From: Pseudomonadota bacterium
GTDB lineage: Bacteria > Bdellovibrionota_B > Oligoflexia > Oligoflexales > RGVZ01
Direction of reading: 5' to 3'
NCBI GenBank assembly: GCA_041178085.1
Contig: JBEGVZ010000085.1
Span: 32,001 to 96,000, forward strand
DNA: 64,000 bases
Both the position numbers and the translations under genes were made by a program. Below the pieces are notes generated by a model. It ran no database searches. It was not told the origin of the DNA and was given only the letters and a program-made list of their open reading frames with translations. Below, one piece after another: positions 28,196 to 38,278 of the stretch. How positions within the stretch are numbered: the stretch's first letter is position 1; every line of letters starts with the position of its first letter.

Positions 28196-29226
28196 GCGCC
28201 GCCGCCTCTGATCACCCGCACGGCACGATTATTACCTTCGCCAACGGACTCGGATTGAAAGCCACGTTCGTTGACGGTGTGATGTTGTTTGCGACGTTGA
28301 AAACTATTGGTTGGTGGCAAGTCGACAAAAGGCGTCGAAGGTTCACGTTCAAGGCGAGCGATCGCATCTTCGACCGCGGACATTGCCTCCGCAGCGGCGC
28401 GGTCTTGATGACCATCGTCACGGCGAGGACCTCTCCGTCCCTCACGGCGCCCTTCACTTTCTTGCCCACCACGTCTGGATTCCTCGCGTTGCGGGCGGTC
28501 GAAATCCCGTCCTCCACGGGCCGGGCGTTCCGGGCGATCTGATTGTTCACCACGCTGAGGGCGATCTGGACGATCGTGGTGCCCAGTGCGCTCAGGTCCC
28601 CCTCTTTTACGGCCGCCTGGACCACCACCGAAGCCGCCGCCTGGTCCGCTGCCGGCACGCAAGCGCGGTGGCGGAGCGAAGCGACCAATGGGTGGCCTGC
28701 TACCGACCTCGTAAACGGGTGGCTCCCACGAAGAGTAAGTCCAGGCAAAAAACTTGGCGAAAAGCTCTCGGGCTTTTGGTGATTTTTCTTCCAGGACGAC
28801 CATTGTCATGCGCCAGAATGGTGCCAGATCTGCGCTCTCGCTGAAGACCGGCAGTTCTGAGCTTCCGGCAAGCCTGTGCAGTTCACGCAAGTCAGCGTGG
28901 AAACAGGAAAAACCAAACACCACACCACTGACTTTTTCGTAATCGACCACGGTTTTTTCGAGCAGACCCGGCTCACGTTCGCAGTGCCACTGGTAGAGGC
29001 TCGCAATGGCGTCTTGCCAAGCGTTGTCCGTGTCAGGTTTACCAGACAGTTTGCCGGCCAGGTCAGGCAGCGACGGATGGCGGAAGTCTACGTTCTCTTT
29101 GCCGCCCGCTTTCTTTTGCAGGTTGGCGATCATCGTTTCGGCTTCGAAGCAGGAGTAAAGGAAGTAATCCAGCGGCACTTCTTTGCCGGCCTGGGCGATA
29201 AAACGTTCTTTGTACGGGGATACCAT
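28192..29226 (-). CDS. Protein with Arg/Gly-rich linker and C-terminal R3H domain
   Basis: C-terminal LPPTNSFQRRKQH..SESVGEGNNRAVRV has the R-x3-H pattern of Jag-type R3H domains. Confidence 0.75.
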   Translation of the reverse strand: MVSPYKERFIAQAGKEVPLDYFLYSCFEAETMIANLQKKAGGKENVDFRHPSLPDLAGKLSGKPDTDNAWQDAIASLYQWHCEREPGLLEKTVVDYEKVSGVVFGFSCFHADLRELHRLAGSSELPVFSESADLAPFWRMTMVVLEEKSPKARELFAKFFAWTYSSWEPPVYEVGSRPPIGRFAPPPRLRAGSGPGGGFGGGPGGRKRGGPERTGHHDRPDRPQRGEQSDRPERPARGGRDFDRPQREESRRGGQESEGRREGRRGPRRDDGHQDRAAAEAMSAVEDAIARLEREPSTPFVDLPPTNSFQRRKQHHTVNERGFQSESVGEGNNRAVRVIRGGGA

Positions 29227-29304
29227 TTATTCTCTCAATTCTAGCAGTTGCGGCCCACAGGGCGGTGACTATAGGCCCAGACCCGCTGGGACGCAAGGGC
29301 TTGG

Positions 29305-30816
29305 CTAAAGAAGCGGGGCGAGCAGGCGCGACAGGTTTTCCTTCTGGGTTTGCAGGAAGCGGCCCACTTTCCCTCGGGGAAGCGGGTCAAGGGTCGCACA
29401 GCTTTCCGCCATGTCGAGGGTCAACATCGAGTCCACCTGCCTGGCAAAGTCCCGGCCATGGATCACGAGCGTTGTCTCAAAGTTCAAATATAACGCCCGG
29501 TTGTCAAAGTTCGTGGACCCGATCAGGCACATGTCGTCGTCCACCAAGACCACTTTCTGATGCATGAAGCCTGGCTCATAAAAAAGAACCCTCACCCCGG
29601 CCTTGCGCAGTTTTGCGGCGTAGGTGACGCCGACCCAGTGCACCAGAATGTTGTCAGAGCGCCTTGGCAGCATGATGCGGACGTCGACACCGCGTAGTGT
29701 ACAGAGCTCAAGTTCCCGCGTCAGCGGCGTGTCGGGGACAAAATATGGGGTGGCAATCCACAGCCGTTTTTTCGCCTTCTGGATGGTCAACATGTAAAGG
29801 AGGACACCGACCAGGGCTTCGTCGGTCGGACCAGACGGGATCACCTGAACCACCTCCTTGGGGTGTTCGGGGAATGAGGGCACATGCCGTGCTCGCAGGC
29901 TGACTTCGAGGGATTCGCCCGTGGCAAAGTGCCAGTCATCAAAAAACACGTCCTCCAGCCGGGCCACGGCGGGTCCATCGATACGGACGTGGGTGTCGCG
30001 CCAGCGGCTGGTATCTGCTTTGTCAAAAAGGGGCAGCCCCGATACATACTCTTCGCCAAAGTTGAGTCCACCGGTGAGCGCAATCTCCCCGTCAACCACC
30101 ACCAGTTTGCGGTGGTTACGGAAGTTCAGTTGAAGCCCCCGTTTCCAGCTGTGGATGGGCAGGAAGCTAGCCACAGAAATCCCGGCCGCTTTCAAGTCCC
30201 TCACGTAAGCTTTGGGTAGCCAGAATGAACCGATGTCATCGTAGATCACATGAACGGCAACTCCGCTGCGGGCCTTCGCAATCAAAAGCTTTTGTAACTC
30301 AAGGCCCAGGCGATCGGAGCGCAGGATGTAGTATTGGACCAGGATGTAGTGCCGGGCACCGCTGATGGCGACGAAGATTTCTTTGAAAGTGTCCACGCCG
30401 TCCACCAGCAGCTTGACGGAGTTTCGTGACGGGTCGTGAAGTTCGCCGAAGCGGCCAAACGTACAGGCCATCTCGTCCAGGTTTCTGGGCAGTGGCAGGC
30501 CGTCTTTGCCAAGGTCTTTTTCAAGGTGCTTCAAATTTTCCCGGATGGCGGGTTGCCGGACAAGATCGTCAAGGGAATGCTCGTGCGGCGAGAGGGCGTG
30601 CTGGTCAAAGTGGGCACGCCTTCTCATGAGGCCTTTGATCCGGTTTTTTCCGAACATGTAGTAAAGCGGGATGCCAAAAAACGGCATCAGGACGAGGGCG
30701 ATGATCCAGGCAATGGTGGACTTAGGGTTTCGCCGTTCCTGGATCAGCTCAAAAGCGAGCCACCAGGCAAGGGCGTAAAGTGCCACGTAGGGCCATACTG
30801 CCGGATCGATGTTCAC
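29305..30816 (-). CDS. cls: Cardiolipin synthase
   Basis: Two N-terminal TM helices; RNHRKLVVVDG, WRDTH, SGP, TPYFVP, HQKVVLVDD..GSTNFD. Confidence 0.95.
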   Translation of the reverse strand: MNIDPAVWPYVALYALAWWLAFELIQERRNPKSTIAWIIALVLMPFFGIPLYYMFGKNRIKGLMRRRAHFDQHALSPHEHSLDDLVRQPAIRENLKHLEKDLGKDGLPLPRNLDEMACTFGRFGELHDPSRNSVKLLVDGVDTFKEIFVAISGARHYILVQYYILRSDRLGLELQKLLIAKARSGVAVHVIYDDIGSFWLPKAYVRDLKAAGISVASFLPIHSWKRGLQLNFRNHRKLVVVDGEIALTGGLNFGEEYVSGLPLFDKADTSRWRDTHVRIDGPAVARLEDVFFDDWHFATGESLEVSLRARHVPSFPEHPKEVVQVIPSGPTDEALVGVLLYMLTIQKAKKRLWIATPYFVPDTPLTRELELCTLRGVDVRIMLPRRSDNILVHWVGVTYAAKLRKAGVRVLFYEPGFMHQKVVLVDDDMCLIGSTNFDNRALYLNFETTLVIHGRDFARQVDSMLTLDMAESCATLDPLPRGKVGRFLQTQKENLSRLLAPLL

Positions 30817-30839
30817 GGCTTCGGCCTCAAGCTGTTTGG

Positions 30840-31163
30840 TTATCCGCGCATGCGGCGGGCAAGGCTCAGCACCCTGTTACTGGCCAGCGATAATTCTTCA
30901 AATTCGGTCCAGTCGGTGGCTCCCGCGCGCTGGTGGGTGTAGGCCGAAAGTTCGTGGTCACCCTCAAAGGCATCGACCACCAGGCGGACGGCCTCCTGAT
31001 GAGCATCCGAACCAGGTGCATTGCGATTGAGCATTTCTTGGGCTTTCTGCAAGTCTTCGATTGCTTCTTCCTCGTGCTGGTCGCGCAGCAACGGGATCAG
31101 TTTTTCAATCGCAACTATCAGATCAGCCGAGGAATTTTTGCGGTCACGCTTGATGATGGTCAT
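30840..31163 (-). CDS. Small hypothetical helical protein
   Basis: ORF co-directional with and just upstream of cls; start moved to ATG 31163. Confidence 0.6.
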   Translation of the reverse strand: MTIIKRDRKNSSADLIVAIEKLIPLLRDQHEEEAIEDLQKAQEMLNRNAPGSDAHQEAVRLVVDAFEGDHELSAYTHQRAGATDWTEFEELSLASNRVLSLARRMRG

Positions 31164-31224
31164 GGACAGAAAAGGCCTCCTCGCGCGAAGTCTAGGTGAC
31201 CCCCGGGGAAATTGCAAACGACCG

Positions 31225-31253
31225 TTGACAGACTAAAGCTGCCCTTGTAATTA
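31225..31253 (+). promoter_or_regulatory. Putative sigma70 promoter of the tRNA pair
   Basis: TTGACA-N17-TAATTA, about 30 nt upstream of tRNA-Lys. Confidence 0.55.
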
Positions 31254-31284
31254 CCTCCACCTCAAGGCGAAAGCTTTGTGTAGT

Positions 31285-31360
31285 GGGCTCGTAGCTCAGC
31301 TGGTAGAGCAGTACACTTTTAATGTACGGGTCGATGGTTCGAATCCATCCGGGCTCACCA
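31285..31360 (+). tRNA. tRNA-Lys (TTT)
   Basis: Cloverleaf GGGCTCG..CGGGCTC-ACCA; anticodon arm GTACA-CTTTTAA-TGTAC; GGTTCGAATCC T-arm. Confidence 0.97.
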
Positions 31361-31365
31361 CTACT

Positions 31366-31443
31366 GTCCCCATCGTCTAGCCCGGTCCAGGACACCACCC
31401 TTTCACGGTGGATACGGGGGTTCAAATCCCCCTGGGGACGCCA
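31366..31443 (+). tRNA. tRNA-Glu (TTC)
   Basis: GTCCCCA..TGGGGAC-GCCA; anticodon arm CCACC-CTTTCAC-GGTGG; GGTTCAAATCC T-arm. Confidence 0.97.
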
Positions 31444-31452
31444 CTTCCAAAG

Positions 31453-31490
31453 AAAAGGCCTCCGCACGGAATGTGCGGGGGCCTTTTTTT
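31453..31490 (+). terminator. Intrinsic terminator after the tRNAs
   Basis: AAGGCCTCCGCAC-GGAA-TGTGCGGGGGCCTT followed by a T-run. Confidence 0.85.
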
Positions 31491-31612
31491 ATTCCGACGC
31501 CCCGACGAAACGTGAAGGGATGATTTGACATGCCAGTTGGATCCCGGCGCGACGTCTGGTAGCTTTGGAGGGTAGCCATAAATATTTATGGCTTCTGCCA
31601 AGGAGGCGTGTC

Positions 31613-33424
31613 GTGTTGACCCAGCTGCACATCAACGGTCTGGCGATCATCGAGTCGCTGAAGATTGATTTTTCCAAGGGCTTCAATGTGATTACCGGTG
31701 AAACAGGTGCCGGTAAATCCATCCTGATCAAGGCACTTAATTTCCTCCTCGGTGCCAAGGCGTCCGCAGACACCGTGCGGCATGGAAGGGATTCTGCCAC
31801 CGTGAGCGGGCAATTCATCCTGCCCGCCCACCACAAAGTGACAGCCTGTCTTGAGGCCTACGGGATACCTCTCGAGGGTGCCGAAGGTTCAGGCGCTGGC
31901 AAGGAAATGCAAACCATCATCGTACGGCGCGTGATCTCTTCGAAGGGCCGGTCCCAGGCCTGGATCAATGACACCCCGGTTACTTCTGGAACGCTGCGTG
32001 AATTCGCAGACGCCCTGGTCGACGTCTTCGCCCAGCACGAAAACCATAAACTTCTTGATGCTGACGGCCACGTCGCAATCGTTGATCAGTTCCTTGACGA
32101 CCGGGCCATCCCCGGGCGGGTGCAATCCGCTTTTGACGGTGTGAGTGCGCTCATCGGTGATTTACGCGCCCTGTCGGGGGGCTTTGCCATGAAGCAGCGT
32201 GACGCAGACTACCTGGCGTTTCGCTGCGAGGAGCTACGGAAGTTTTCCCCTTCCATCGAGGACCACGACAAGACGAAAGCCTTTTGTGACCAGGCCAAAA
32301 ACATCACGTACCTTGTGTCCTCTTTGCGCAAGGCATCTGCGATCGTCGACGAGGGTGGGGGGGATGCTTCAATTGAGCGGTTGCTGCGGGAAGCGGGCCG
32401 CGTGCTTGGGCAGGCCGCCGCCAAAATCCCTTCCCTTCAGGCCTTGTCAGACCAGGCTTTTGGTGTGGCCGCGCAGGCTGCCGATTTGAGTGCAGCCCTG
32501 GCCAGTGAACTTTCAGGCTGTGACGCCAGCGAGGAGGACGTCGATGCGGCCCAGGCCCGCCTTGCCGGGTACCAGGGACTTTTTCGAAAGATGGGAGTCC
32601 TCGATGTTGAATCCCTCGTCGCAGGTTGGCAGCGCATGGAAGAAGAAGTCCGCTTCATCGATTCAGCCGCCAAGGATGCAACGGTTTTGCTGGACAGGTT
32701 GGAGCAGGCCGCCGCTGCTTTTCAGAAAGAGGCTGGCCAATTGAGCGCCGCACGCAAAAAAGCGTCCCAGCGTGTAGCAAAGGCCGTCGGCAAGGAACTA
32801 TCCGAACTGGCAATGAAAGATGCAAGGCTCGAAGTAGACTTTGTTGAAGCGACATCCGTCGTCAGTGAGATCGCTGAACTCAAAGCTCTGGGTGAATCTG
32901 TGACACGAAAGTGGCAGGAACGTGTTCTCCCTCTGCTCAAAGGAGTATCCAGTACCGGCGCTGAAAAGGCGCAGTTTCTGCTTTCAGCAAACGCCGGGGA
33001 ACCTGCCCTTCCCCTCCACAAGGTAGCCTCTGGAGGCGAGGTTTCCCGCATCATGCTCGCCCTGAAAAAAGCCCTCGCTGTCGGGGCCGACACCTGCATT
33101 CTCGTTTTTGACGAGATCGACACGGGGATCTCTGGGCGGGTTGCCGACATTGTCGGGCGAAAACTGGCTGAGCTTGCCGATGGATTCCAGGTGATCTGTA
33201 TCTCCCATTTGCCGCAGGTAGCGGCCTACGCGGATAGCCACTTTCTGGTCCACAAGTACGGCAACAGTAACCGGACGGAATCAACCATCACACGCCTTGA
33301 TGCGGAGAAAAGCCGGATTGAGATTGCGAGGCTGTTGTCAGGGGATGAGGTCACAGATTCAAGCCTGGCACATGCGGCCACCTTGGTGAAAAAAGCCAGG
33401 CACGAGCGCCCATCTTTAACGTGA
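31613..33424 (+). CDS. recN: DNA repair protein RecN
   Basis: ITGETGAGKS, QHE Q-loop, VASGGEVSRIMLALK, FDEIDTGISG, ISHLPQVA; AGGAGG RBS before GTG 31613. Confidence 0.96.
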   Translation: MLTQLHINGLAIIESLKIDFSKGFNVITGETGAGKSILIKALNFLLGAKASADTVRHGRDSATVSGQFILPAHHKVTACLEAYGIPLEGAEGSGAGKEMQTIIVRRVISSKGRSQAWINDTPVTSGTLREFADALVDVFAQHENHKLLDADGHVAIVDQFLDDRAIPGRVQSAFDGVSALIGDLRALSGGFAMKQRDADYLAFRCEELRKFSPSIEDHDKTKAFCDQAKNITYLVSSLRKASAIVDEGGGDASIERLLREAGRVLGQAAAKIPSLQALSDQAFGVAAQAADLSAALASELSGCDASEEDVDAAQARLAGYQGLFRKMGVLDVESLVAGWQRMEEEVRFIDSAAKDATVLLDRLEQAAAAFQKEAGQLSAARKKASQRVAKAVGKELSELAMKDARLEVDFVEATSVVSEIAELKALGESVTRKWQERVLPLLKGVSSTGAEKAQFLLSANAGEPALPLHKVASGGEVSRIMLALKKALAVGADTCILVFDEIDTGISGRVADIVGRKLAELADGFQVICISHLPQVAAYADSHFLVHKYGNSNRTESTITRLDAEKSRIEIARLLSGDEVTDSSLAHAATLVKKARHERPSLT

Positions 33425-33499
33425 TTTTTACATCGGGCAGGGCTGCTTTCGTGATAAAACGCTGATCTTGCACTTATTTGGAGCATTCAGCGGATTATT

Positions 33500-34291
33500 A
33501 TGAGTTACCTACTTCTTTGTATTTTTGTCTTTTCGGCCGCTTACGTGGTCAACATGACATTCATCACAGTTTTTTATCACCGCGGTTTAACCCACGGTGC
33601 AGTCAAATTCTCCCCCGCCACCGCATGGGCCTTGAAGCATCTTGGTATCTGGGTGACCGGACTCGATCCTGTTGCATGGACCTGCATGCACCGGCGTCAT
33701 CACAAGTTCTCTGACACCCCAAAGGATCCCCATTCGCCGGTCCAATTCGGCATCCCGGGTGTTCTTTGGGCGCAGTACCTTGGGTACAACCGTACCGTCA
33801 AAGGGCTGATAGCTGGAGATCCAGAGTACGCAGACTACGTGCGAGACGTCCCCTTTGGAGTCAATTGGCTCAAAGTCCGGAACTTTTGGCTGGCACCGTA
33901 CTTTTTGCATGGGTTTGTCGGGCTTTTCCTTGCTTATGCATTCAACGGCTGGGCGGTTGGGTTCTGCTACTGGTTTGGAATGCTGAGCCACCCGATCCAG
34001 GGCTGGATGGTCAATTCATTCGGTCACGCGGTGGGCTACCGGAATTTTGCAACCGATGACCAGTCGCGAAACAATACCTTCGTGGGATGGACGGTGATGG
34101 GAGAAGGCTTTCAGAACAACCATCACGCATATCCGGCCTCCGCAAAATTCTCTTGCCGCTGGTTTGAATTTGATCCGGGCTGGTTGCTTTGTCTGGGTCT
34201 GGATTCCCTCGGCCTTATCAGCATCGAAAGAGACCTTCTTATCCCCGGCTTTTCCGGCCAGCGGACTGCACCTGCACTTCATCAGCCCTGA
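33500..34291 (+). CDS. Acyl-CoA (delta-9-like) fatty acid desaturase
   Basis: His boxes YHRGLTH, HRRHH, DPHSP, NSFGH and GEGFQNNHH. Confidence 0.92.
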   Translation: MSYLLLCIFVFSAAYVVNMTFITVFYHRGLTHGAVKFSPATAWALKHLGIWVTGLDPVAWTCMHRRHHKFSDTPKDPHSPVQFGIPGVLWAQYLGYNRTVKGLIAGDPEYADYVRDVPFGVNWLKVRNFWLAPYFLHGFVGLFLAYAFNGWAVGFCYWFGMLSHPIQGWMVNSFGHAVGYRNFATDDQSRNNTFVGWTVMGEGFQNNHHAYPASAKFSCRWFEFDPGWLLCLGLDSLGLISIERDLLIPGFSGQRTAPALHQP

Positions 34292-34330
34292 AAGAGAAAG
34301 GGGCCTGCACTCGTAAGTGCAGGCCCTTCT
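34291..34330. terminator. Intrinsic terminator between the convergent desaturase and nrdJ
   Basis: GGGCCTGCACT-CGTA-AGTGCAGGCCC stem; the U-rich tail is better on the minus strand. Confidence 0.8.
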
Positions 34331-34446
34331 ACGGGGAAAACGGGGCGGGGCAAGGTCTACGGCGGGGGCATCAGCCAGAACAAGACAACTTCAGAAACGG
34401 CGGGGCACACAGAAAACTCATCGGCGGGAGGCGCCGGCCACAGTTT

Positions 34447-37400
34447 TTAGCTGCAGCCGGTGGTCCCACCGCATGAATCACATTTGAGGCAGGCGCCGTT
34501 ACGGACAAGGGTCATGGCCCCACAATCGGGACACGGGTCGCCCTCGTAGCCCTTCATCCGCGCTGCCTTGACAGTGTTTAGACCCTTCTTTGCGGCGATT
34601 TTTTCTGCCATCCGGTCGAACTCTTCTTCCGACAACACGACCGGCACCTTCTTCTCGCCGCCAGCCTGCAGTCCACCCATTGACACGCTGGCTGAGGAAC
34701 CGTGGCCGCCGTTGCCAGAGGTCATTACGACCTGGCCACCCATGGCATCGTCTTCCACAGAGTTTTTGTTGGCGTGGGCCTTGGACTTGGGTGCATCAAT
34801 CTCATCCGGAGCGATATGGACCAGGTCTGTGCGGCCCAGATAGTTGAGCGCAAGGTCCCGGAACATGAAGTCAATGATCGACGTCGCGCGACGAAGGTTG
34901 TCATGACCGGTGACTGGACCGTTTGGCTCAAAGCGTGTGAACGTGAACACGTCCACGTACTCTTCCAGTGGCACGCCGTATTGCAACCCAAGACTCACGG
35001 CGATGGCAAAGCAGTTCATGATGGAGCGCAGGAGCGTTCCTTCTTTGTTCAAGTCGAGGAAGATCTCGCCCACTTGGCCGTCTTCATACTCACCTGTACG
35101 AAGGTAAACGGTGTGGCCACCGATCTTGACCTTCTGGGTGTAACCACTGCGCCGGCTTGGCAGGGGACGGCGCGTCCGGATGTACTCTTTGACGATCTGG
35201 GTGGTGATTTTCTTCACCTGCTCGACCTTGGGTTCCGTATGGTCGATGATGTCGAGCCATTCGGTTGCGGTGGCGTTGAGCGGCTGGCTCAATTTTGAGC
35301 CATCACGGTAAAGGGCGTTCGCCTTGAGCATCATTTTCCAGGATGTCTGGTAGGCCTTGGCCACATCCGACAGCTGGGCCTCAAACGGCAGGTTGATCGT
35401 CTTGCTGATCGCGCCGGAAATAAACGGCTGGGCGGCGGCCATCATGCCGATGTGATTTTCCGCAGCGATATAACGAACACCCTTGCGGCCGCATTTGTTG
35501 GCACAGTCGAACACCGGGAGGTGCTCCGCCTTGAGGTGAGGAGCACCTTCGACCGTCATCGTTCCGCAGACGTACTCATTGGCAACGTCAATATCAGCCT
35601 GGGTGAATCCAATGAGTTTGAGGATGTTGCAGTCCATTGGCTCAAGGTCTTCTTTTTTCAGGCCAAGCTTCGTGATGCAGAATTCCTCGCCGAGTACCCA
35701 CTTGTTGAAGGCAAAAGTGATGTCAAAGGCCTGCGGAAGTTCCTTTTCCACCGCGGCTAGAGCCTCTGGCGTGAAGCCTTTCGCTGCGAGAGATTCGTGG
35801 TTGATCCCGGAAGCGCCTTTCAGCGTCCCGCGGCCAAGGCAGTAGGCGATGATGTCACCCGTCTGCTGGTCGCTGTAACCGAGGTTTTTGAGAGCCACCG
35901 GAATCGACTGGTTGATGATCTTGAAGTAACCGCCACCAGCAAGTTTCTTGAACTTTACCAAGGCAAAGTCGGGCTCGATTCCGGTCGTATCGCAGTCCAT
36001 GAGCAGGCCGATCGTACCAGTCGGCGCGATTACCGTGGTCTGGGCATTGCGAAAGCCATGCTTTTCGCCAAGGGCCAGAGCGTCATCCCAAGCTTTTCGT
36101 GCAGCCGCACCAAGGTCTGCGGGGCAGAGCTTGTGGTTGATCTCGACCGGCTTGATGGTCAAGCCTTCGTATTTTCCGTTCGCGTGGGCTGCAGCGTGGT
36201 GGTTACGAATCACGCGGAGCATATCTGTCTTGTTTTTCTCGTAGTTCGGGAAGGCACCCAGCTCGCGCGCCATTTCGGCGCTGGTGCGGTAACTTTCCCC
36301 GCACATGATGGCCGTAATGGAACCTGTGATGGCGAGTGCCTCTGGCGAACCATAGGGGATGCCCATGCGCATCAGCACAGCGCCAATATTGGCGTAGCCA
36401 AGACCGAGGGTGCGGAAATCCCAGCTCTTGCGGGCGATTTCCTTGCTCGGGAACTGGGCCATCTGCACCGAGATGTCGAGGATGACGGTCCAGATGCGGG
36501 AGGCATGGATGAATGCTTCGATGTTGAAGCCATTTTTCTCGTCATAAAACGTCAGCAGGTTGAGCGAAGCAAGGTTGCACGCCGTGTCGTCAAGGAACAT
36601 GTATTCAGAACAGGGATTGGATGCATTGATCCGGCCGTCTTGCGGACATGTGTGCCACTCGTTGATTGTCGTGTCGAACTGGACACCGGGATCCGCGCAC
36701 GACCATGCAGCGTAGACTATCTTGTCCCACAGCTCGGCCGCCTTGACCGTGCGCATTGTTTCTCCGGTCATGCGGCTTTTGAGTGACCATTCCGTCTTTT
36801 TCTCGACGGCATCCATAAAGGAATTGGGAATGCGTACCGAGTTGTTTGAGTTCTGGCCGGAAACAGTGGAGTAAGCCTCGGAGTTCCAGTCCGTATTAAA
36901 GGTTTCGATCTTGAGCTTGTAATTGCCCTGCTTGGCAAGGTCGATCACGCGCTGGATATAGTTGAGCGGGATGTGTGCTTTTTTGGCCTTGGCCATCGCC
37001 TCACGCAGGGCCTCGTTTTTGGCCGGATTGAAGCGCTCGTCCGTTTTTGCCGCGTCAGCTGGAACCGAGCAGGCCTTCAGAATGGCGTTGAGGTTGTCTT
37101 CCATTGCTTTGGAGCCAGCGACCAGCGATGCAACTTTCTGCTCTTCCTCAACCTTCCATTCGATGAACTTTTCGATGTCCGGATGGTCGAGGTCCAGGCA
37201 GACCATCTTTGCTGCGCGCCGCGTTGTCCCGCCCGATTTGATGGCTCCTGCCGCACGGTCGCCGATTTTAAGGAAGGACATCAGTCCAGAGGATACGCCG
37301 CCACCCGAAAGAGGTTCCCCCTCCCCCCTGATGCTTGAAAAGTTGGTTCCCGTACCGCTGCCATACTTGAACAGGCGCGCTTCGCGCGTCCAAAGGTCCA

Positions 37401-37947
37401 TGATGCCCCCTTCGTTGACGAGGTCGTCACCGACGGCCTGGATGAAACAGGCGTGGGGTTGTGGGCGCTCGTAAGCGCTGGTGGACTTCTGAAGGCGGTT
37501 GGTGGCCGGGTCGACGTAGTAATGACCTTGGCTGGACCCCTTGAGGCCGTATGCGAAATAAAGGCCTGTGTTGAACCATTGTGGGCTGTTGGGCGCACAC
37601 ATTTGATTGGCCAGCATGTGGCAGGTTTCGTCGTAAAACGTCGCAGCGTCTTCGTCGGTATCGAAATAACCGAAGCGGGTTCCCCAGTCGGTCCAGCAAC
37701 CAGCCAGGCGATGGAAAACCTGCCGGCTGTCAGACTCGGAACCGATTTTCGGAATACCCGCACGGCGGAGGTACTTCTGGGCAAGAATGTCCGTCGCGAC
37801 CTGGCTCCAATGCTCGGGCACCGTCACCTTCATCTGGCGGCTGGCCTTGCTGCCATCGGAGTTCTTCAGTTCTGAAGTCCGGTCGACGAACTTCAGTCCC
37901 TCGTAGGGTTGGCCTTTGGTCTTGACAAACAGTCTTTTGAATTTCAT
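34447..37947 (-). CDS. nrdJ: Adenosylcobalamin-dependent (class II) ribonucleotide reductase
   Basis: [58 protein letters not shown]-like domain and C-terminal CPDC..CDSC. Confidence 0.96.
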   Translation of the reverse strand: MKFKRLFVKTKGQPYEGLKFVDRTSELKNSDGSKASRQMKVTVPEHWSQVATDILAQKYLRRAGIPKIGSESDSRQVFHRLAGCWTDWGTRFGYFDTDEDAATFYDETCHMLANQMCAPNSPQWFNTGLYFAYGLKGSSQGHYYVDPATNRLQKSTSAYERPQPHACFIQAVGDDLVNEGGIMDLWTREARLFKYGSGTGTNFSSIRGEGEPLSGGGVSSGLMSFLKIGDRAAGAIKSGGTTRRAAKMVCLDLDHPDIEKFIEWKVEEEQKVASLVAGSKAMEDNLNAILKACSVPADAAKTDERFNPAKNEALREAMAKAKKAHIPLNYIQRVIDLAKQGNYKLKIETFNTDWNSEAYSTVSGQNSNNSVRIPNSFMDAVEKKTEWSLKSRMTGETMRTVKAAELWDKIVYAAWSCADPGVQFDTTINEWHTCPQDGRINASNPCSEYMFLDDTACNLASLNLLTFYDEKNGFNIEAFIHASRIWTVILDISVQMAQFPSKEIARKSWDFRTLGLGYANIGAVLMRMGIPYGSPEALAITGSITAIMCGESYRTSAEMARELGAFPNYEKNKTDMLRVIRNHHAAAHANGKYEGLTIKPVEINHKLCPADLGAAARKAWDDALALGEKHGFRNAQTTVIAPTGTIGLLMDCDTTGIEPDFALVKFKKLAGGGYFKIINQSIPVALKNLGYSDQQTGDIIAYCLGRGTLKGASGINHESLAAKGFTPEALAAVEKELPQAFDITFAFNKWVLGEEFCITKLGLKKEDLEPMDCNILKLIGFTQADIDVANEYVCGTMTVEGAPHLKAEHLPVFDCANKCGRKGVRYIAAENHIGMMAAAQPFISGAISKTINLPFEAQLSDVAKAYQTSWKMMLKANALYRDGSKLSQPLNATATEWLDIIDHTEPKVEQVKKITTQIVKEYIRTRRPLPSRRSGYTQKVKIGGHTVYLRTGEYEDGQVGEIFLDLNKEGTLLRSIMNCFAIAVSLGLQYGVPLEEYVDVFTFTRFEPNGPVTGHDNLRRATSIIDFMFRDLALNYLGRTDLVHIAPDEIDAPKSKAHANKNSVEDDAMGGQVVMTSGNGGHGSSASVSMGGLQAGGEKKVPVVLSEEEFDRMAEKIAAKKGLNTVKAARMKGYEGDPCPDCGAMTLVRNGACLKCDSCGGTTGCS

Positions 37948-38065
37948 GCCCGCACTCCTTGTGACGGCATTGTTGAATCATTTTCTGGCAAAACTTGGCC
38001 TAGGCGGGGGAAACCGCTTTTTTCCTTGTCTCGCCGGGGTGTTATAGAGGAACCAGCTACTAACG

Positions 38066-38095
38066 ATGATAGCCATCGTCCGATGGCGATGTCAA
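38066..38095 (-). promoter_or_regulatory. Putative sigma70 promoter of nrdJ with a palindromic spacer
   Basis: Minus strand TTGACA-N18-TATCAT; the spacer contains GCCATCG-N2-CGATGGC. Confidence 0.6.
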
Positions 38096-38103
38096 CGGTC
38101 AGG

Positions 38104-38151
38104 ACACAAAATATGGTGTCCACATCTTATCCACAACACCATAGGTTGTGT
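38104..38151. promoter_or_regulatory. Tandem NrdR boxes
   Basis: ACACAAAATATGGTGT (38104-38119) and ACACCATAGGTTGTGT (38136-38151) match acaCwAtATaTwGtgt, start 32 bp apart and lie upstream of an RNR gene. Confidence 0.85.
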
Positions 38152-38274
38152 GTTGTTTTTTAGGTGTTCGCCCTATCGTTGCGGAACGACTGCCTCTTCG
38201 GGGACTTTTTGAAAACGTCCCATGAACTTTTCCAACAGGTTATCCACACCCCCTCCGGGGCGTGGTGTGGAAAG
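38127..38274. promoter_or_regulatory. DnaA boxes
   Basis: Perfect TTATCCACA at 38127-38135 and 38240-38248; a 2-mismatch inverted box TGTGGAAAG at 38266-38274. Confidence 0.7.
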
Positions 38275-38278
38275 CGGT

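Noticed and set aside
31285..31600. Integrated island at tRNA-Lys/Glu (or at tRNA-Leu, 60985)
   Set aside because: No integrase and no duplicated tRNA 3' end noticed; housekeeping-type genes follow directly.
34331..34432. Possible mini-CRISPR array
   Set aside because: Repeats are only about 10 nt, imperfect and irregularly spaced (19, 38 and 24 nt); no cas genes in the window.
37948..38278. Cobalamin riboswitch upstream of nrdJ
   Set aside because: No recognisable B12-box or conserved core; the space is accounted for by the promoter, NrdR and DnaA motifs.
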